Part shown: positions 60,455-64,000 of the stretch, piece by piece
Layout: every line of letters begins with the position of its first letter
Numbering within the stretch: position 1 is the first letter of the stretch
Source of the DNA: Gemmatimonadota bacterium
Lineage (GTDB): Bacteria; Gemmatimonadota; Gemmatimonadetes; Palauibacterales; Palauibacteraceae
Direction: 5' to 3'
Length of the DNA stretch: 64,000 nucleotides
Assembly (NCBI GenBank): GCA_035267645.1
Contig: DATFLN010000034.1
Location: 28,101 to 92,100, forward strand
Translations under genes and position numbers: made by a program
The notes under the pieces: model-generated
Database searches by the model: none
Seen by the model: only the letters and a program-made list of their open reading frames with translations
Told to the model about the DNA's origin: nothing

Positions 60455-62902
60455 CTACATCCTGAACAGGTAGCTCAGCTTCACGAAGAAGACGTCGGCC
60501 GTCCGGTCCAGCCCGGTCACCTGGAAGCGTCGGGCGCCCTGGAGGTCGGTCCCGTAGCCGACGAAGAGGGCCGTGCCCGGGCTCGGCTGGATCGCGAACA
60601 GGGCGTCCGTGTGGAACCGGCCGCTGCGCTCCGGGACCGTGCGCCGGTAGGTCCCGGTGTCGGGGTCGCGCCGGAGGATCGGATCCCCGGTGCGGGTGTC
60701 GTCCCGCAGGGCGTCCCGGAAGTTGGAGTCGTACTCGCCGATGAGCCGCACGTAGAGCGCCCGGGTGACCTGGTAGGTCACCTTGAGGCGCGGCAGGTCG
60801 CGGATGGCCACGTTCGAGCGGTCGCTGAACCGAAGGTACTGCTGGCGCGAGTAGGTGACCCCGAAGTGGAGTCGGTCGGTGGGCTTCCAGTTCATCGAGG
60901 CGTTCGCGATGAAGATGTACGCGGGAGCCCACTCGTAGAAGTTCTCGTCGCGCCCGAGGATGAGCGTGAGCCCGGCGTCGAAGCGGTCGAAGTGCGGCGT
61001 GGCCGTCCGGAGGACGACGTCCAGGTTGGGGATGGAGGGCGTGCCGGTGAAGGGGATCGTGTCGGTCCCGGCCGGGGTCGTCCTCTCGATCGCGTAGTCG
61101 GCGTAGAGGTAGGGTGGATAGTAGAAGCGCTCGAACAGCACGGAGGCGCCCGTCCTCCACCCGCTCCGGAACGCCAGGTCGGCGTTGAGGTGGAGCTTGA
61201 GCGCCTCCGGCCCCCGGCCTCCAAACAGGTCGTCGTACAGCCAGTCGCCGTACACGACGACGCTCGTCGTGGCGCTCTCGAGCGGGGAGGAGGGCGAGCC
61301 GAAGAAGGTGAGCCTCGGGCTCGCGGACGCGTGCGCGACCCCGGTCCGGCTCAGGAAGCCCGCGTCGGTCACGAAGTCGGGGCTGATGGCCCGGAAGCTG
61401 GCCGTGGCCCCGAAGGAGCGGCCCGAGCGCTCCAGGGAGACGTCCCACAGCGGCCCCCACCGGGGGCTCCCGCCGTCCTTCGTCACCGAGCCCCCGGCCT
61501 GGGCGGAGAGCACGTAGGCGTCCCCGAGCACGAGCCGGGTGTCGGCGGCGGCCACGTGGTTGTAGTCCACGCCGTGCAGGCGGTCCGTGTACAGGAGACC
61601 CACGGTCGATTCCGACCCGACGTCGGCCTGCGCCCGGAGGACGTTGAAGACCGAGCGGTGGAGGTCCCCCGGCGAGGGGCGGTTCAGCGCGCTCAGGACG
61701 CCGGTCGAGAAGCCGGCCACGCTGCCGCTCAGCTTGGTGGCCACCACCGGATCGTCGATCCGCCGGGTGTACACCAGCCGGTTGGGCGTCGAGAAGCGCT
61801 CGCTGCCCTCCAGGAAGAACGGCCGCTTCTCGGGGAAGTACAGCGCCTGGCGCGGGTCGTAGGAGAGCTGGCCCGCGTCCGTCTCCACCTGGGAGAAATC
61901 GGGGTTGTAGGTGGCGTTCAGGCTGAGGTCCGAGGTGACCCCGTAGCGCAGGTTGAGGCCGACGTCGGGCGAGGGGTCCCCGTAGCTCCAGCCGGCGGCC
62001 GCGGGGGCCCCCTGCATGCGGGCGGTCGCCACGGGGTTGACGTCCAGGGTGGAGCTCCGATGCAGCCCGGAGAGGCCGGTCAGGGTGCCCTCCTGGGCCA
62101 GGAAGGAGGTCTCGCCCTGGTGGACGGGCGCCCACGTGAGCTCGCGGCCGGAGTGGGGCACCCGGCGGACCACGTTGAGCCCCCAGTCCCGCCTGTCCGA
62201 GGAGAAGCGGAGGCTCGAGAACGGGATGCGGATCTCCACGACGTACCCGCCGGGGACGAGGCGTCCCCGGGACTCGTACTGGAAGTCGGGGGTGAGGTCG
62301 GCCGGCTCGGCGCTCCGGTCCGCGTCGAACAGCCCGGCCTTCCCCTCGGTGCCCTCGACGCGGATCCCGTCCTCCTGGACGCCGAAGGCGTTCACCCCGA
62401 AGGCGTAGGCCCGCCGCGAGGCGTGCTCGGTGTCGATGAGGAGGCGGACCCGGTCGTCGCTGCCGATCCGGTCCCGGGCCGACCTGCTGGCCCCGACGGG
62501 ACCGTGCACCTCGAAGGCCTCGATCCCCACGTGCAGGGCCTCGTTCGAGTACCACACGAGGACGCGCGTCGAGTCCTCGGCCGGCGGTCCGTCCTGCGGG
62601 AGGTAGCGCGTGAAGCCCGTGAGGACCGCGGCCCGGCGCCACGCCGGCTCGTCGAGCTGGCCGTCCACCCGGCTCTCGAGCTCGAGCCGCGGGATCCGGA
62701 CCTCCGTCCGGCCCCGGTCCCCGCGGTACGTGGGTCCCGTCGTGTCGGCGCGGACGAAGGCGGGCGCAGCCGTCGCCGCTGCGGATGGGTCCGGGCCCCG
62801 TCTCGGCGCGGCCGTCGGCGTCGCCCCGGCGGGACGGGGCCCGATGGCCCCCAGGACGAGGGCGGCCAGCGTCGCGGCGAGGTGGTGGCGTCGGTGGGGC
62901 AT
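60455..62902 (-). CDS. DUF5916 family outer-membrane protein with N-terminal CBM9-like domain
   Basis: ATG at 62902 (MPHRRHHLAATLAALVLGAIG, a signal peptide). The CBM9-like motif is RVDGQLDEPAWRRAAVLTGF. It has a long beta-rich C-terminus ending in an aromatic residue (KLSYLFRM). The upstream 336 codons of the printed ORF are antisense to the 63140 gene. Confidence 0.65.
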   Translation of the reverse strand: MPHRRHHLAATLAALVLGAIGPRPAGATPTAAPRRGPDPSAAATAAPAFVRADTTGPTYRGDRGRTEVRIPRLELESRVDGQLDEPAWRRAAVLTGFTRYLPQDGPPAEDSTRVLVWYSNEALHVGIEAFEVHGPVGASRSARDRIGSDDRVRLLIDTEHASRRAYAFGVNAFGVQEDGIRVEGTEGKAGLFDADRSAEPADLTPDFQYESRGRLVPGGYVVEIRIPFSSLRFSSDRRDWGLNVVRRVPHSGRELTWAPVHQGETSFLAQEGTLTGLSGLHRSSTLDVNPVATARMQGAPAAAGWSYGDPSPDVGLNLRYGVTSDLSLNATYNPDFSQVETDAGQLSYDPRQALYFPEKRPFFLEGSERFSTPNRLVYTRRIDDPVVATKLSGSVAGFSTGVLSALNRPSPGDLHRSVFNVLRAQADVGSESTVGLLYTDRLHGVDYNHVAAADTRLVLGDAYVLSAQAGGSVTKDGGSPRWGPLWDVSLERSGRSFGATASFRAISPDFVTDAGFLSRTGVAHASASPRLTFFGSPSSPLESATTSVVVYGDWLYDDLFGGRGPEALKLHLNADLAFRSGWRTGASVLFERFYYPPYLYADYAIERTTPAGTDTIPFTGTPSIPNLDVVLRTATPHFDRFDAGLTLILGRDENFYEWAPAYIFIANASMNWKPTDRLHFGVTYSRQQYLRFSDRSNVAIRDLPRLKVTYQVTRALYVRLIGEYDSNFRDALRDDTRTGDPILRRDPDTGTYRRTVPERSGRFHTDALFAIQPSPGTALFVGYGTDLQGARRFQVTGLDRTADVFFVKLSYLFRM

Positions 62903-63139
62903 GGTCGGCTCGTCGTCCTCCGGTGCGCTCGCATGGGTCCCGGGCGGACGCGTCCGCCGTGTCCTCGTCCCGGCGCGGGCCTTCCGCCTGCGATCCCCGA
63001 GGATAGCGGCCTCCGAGGCGGTCCGACAGCCGGCGCACGGATGCTGCATCCCCTGGGGCCCGAGCCCCGTCGATCCGTCCCCGACCCGAAGAGGAGCCCC
63101 CGTGGCGCCAGGCCCGTCCGACCTGACTCCCGCCCGGAC

Positions 63140-63964
63140 ATGAGCGCACCGCAGCTGGCGCACGAGCGGGTCGAGCCCGGGGACGGCGGGTCGGGAGACC
63201 TGCGGTGGACCTACTTCCTCCACGGCATCTTCGGAGCGGGGCGAAACTGGCGCTCGATGGCCCGCCGCTGGGTGGATGCCGGCCCCTCCCGGGCCGGCGT
63301 CCTGGTCGACCTGAGGCTGCACGGGGACTCCACCGGGTTCGAGCCCCCGCACACGATCGGGGCGTGCGGGAGGGACGTCGAGGACCTGGCCTCCGCCACC
63401 GGCCATCCCCCCTTCGGCCTCCTGGGCCATTCCTTCGGCGGGAAGGTGGCCCTGCAGGTGGCGGCCGGCGCCCCGGAGGGACTCTCGGTCGTGTGGATCG
63501 TCGACTCCACCCCGGAGGTGCGGGAGCCCGAGGGGAGCGCGGTCCGGATGCTCGAGACGCTCCGGGCCGAGCCGGGCCCGTTCGCGAGCCGCGACGACGC
63601 CGAGGCGGCCATCCGCCGCCACGGCTTCCCGGCGTTCGTGGCACGCTGGATGACGACCAACCTGATCGAGGAGGACGGGGAGCAGGTCTGGCGCTTCGAC
63701 CTGGACGGCCTCGGCGCCCTCCTCGAGGACTTCTTCCGTTCGGACCTGTGGCCGGTGGTCGAGGATCCGCCCGACGGGGTGGAGCTGCACTTCCTCCGGG
63801 CCTCCGAATCGGGGGTGCTCCCCGAGGCGGCCTGCGAGCGCATCGAGGCGGCGGGGCGCGACACCGGCCGCGTACACCTCCACCGGGTCCAGGGTGGACA
63901 CTGGCTCCACATGGCGGCTCCCGACGAGGTGCTGGCCGTCCTGGACGCCACCACGCCGGAGTGA
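63140..63964 (+). CDS. Alpha/beta hydrolase (esterase, YbfF-like)
   Basis: HGIFGAGRNW...LLGHSFGGKVAL (GxSxG)...GGHWLHMAAPDEV is a catalytic triad arrangement. 274 aa. Confidence 0.75.
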   Translation: MSAPQLAHERVEPGDGGSGDLRWTYFLHGIFGAGRNWRSMARRWVDAGPSRAGVLVDLRLHGDSTGFEPPHTIGACGRDVEDLASATGHPPFGLLGHSFGGKVALQVAAGAPEGLSVVWIVDSTPEVREPEGSAVRMLETLRAEPGPFASRDDAEAAIRRHGFPAFVARWMTTNLIEEDGEQVWRFDLDGLGALLEDFFRSDLWPVVEDPPDGVELHFLRASESGVLPEAACERIEAAGRDTGRVHLHRVQGGHWLHMAAPDEVLAVLDATTPE

Positions 63965-64000
63965 GGGCGGCGGGGCCGGGAAGCGGGCCGCGGCGCCGGA

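Noticed and set aside
60176-63139. The N-terminal 988 codons of the plus ORF 60176..63964
   Set aside because: It is antisense to the DUF5916 and CarbPepD-reg genes. Only the final 274 codons, from the ATG at 63140, form a recognisable alpha/beta hydrolase.
62903-63910. The upstream 336 codons of the minus ORF 60455..63910
   Set aside because: It is antisense to the alpha/beta hydrolase at 63140-63964. The genuine protein begins at the ATG at 62902, where a clear signal peptide starts.

Overview
This is a 64-kb, roughly 70% GC bacterial chromosomal segment. The very high third-position GC produces many long spurious antisense ORFs in all six frames. I kept only frames with recognisable protein-family signatures, signal peptides or conserved motifs. 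Two lines of evidence suggest a Gemmatimonadota-like lineage: the GC content, and SusC/SusD-type outer-membrane pairs sitting in a non-Bacteroidetes housekeeping background. This is inference, not something the sequence proves.

Gene content in order:
- Positions 55-4525: two tandem paralogous genes encoding proteins with a shared, unusual N-terminal helical domain and very long acidic Glu/Pro/Ala-rich tails.
- Positions 4598-6243: ispB, a small DUF4321-like membrane protein and tatA.
- Minus strand to 8151: ppiD. It is divergent from a third TPR-plus-acidic-tail protein (8420-10084), which is driven by a near-consensus sigma70 promoter.
- Positions 10095-24677: a housekeeping run of aroQ, pepP, efp, accB, accC, a ComB-family phosphatase, ftsK, a lolA-like gene, hemL, a SpoIID-domain gene, a Gfo/Idh/MocA oxidoreductase, lnt and gdh. 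Several junctions are 4-nt ATGA/GTGA start/stop overlaps.
- Positions 24735-36298, an accessory block: a glutamate-cysteine-ligase-2 (GCS2) family ligase fused to a CBS pair; a GT4 glycosyltransferase with no canonical start codon; pterin-4a-carbinolamine dehydratase; a GAF-GGDEF cyclase; a bifunctional APH-fold plus P-loop kinase; a peroxiredoxin; a LemA-DUF2207 operon; a DUF3891-like gene; an EVE-domain gene.
- Positions 36410-41329: an operon of a small gluconate-2-dehydrogenase-subunit-3-like protein, a GMC oxidoreductase and a TPP enzyme, linked by overlapping GTGA start/stop codons, with a divergent PhzF isomerase and a Trx2-type thioredoxin.
- Positions 41892-63964: two SusC/SusD (polysaccharide-utilization-locus-like) pairs. 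Each has a TTGACA promoter and a roughly 200-nt leader, and each ends in a strong bidirectional hairpin. Around them are a GntR regulator, an alpha/beta hydrolase, an LVIVD beta-propeller protein, a multicopper oxidase with a small Met-rich secreted partner, an S15/CocE-NonD peptidase, a carboxypeptidase-regulatory-domain protein, a DUF5916/CBM9-like outer-membrane protein and another alpha/beta hydrolase.

I found no rRNA, tRNA, CRISPR array or mobile element.

The candidates for something undescribed are:
- the family of acidic-tail TPR proteins with a duplicated C-terminal GWLG motif;
- the translationally coupled GMC/TPP oxidation operon;
- the peptide-oriented SusCD loci, whose leaders carry a perfect palindrome and operator-like inverted repeats.
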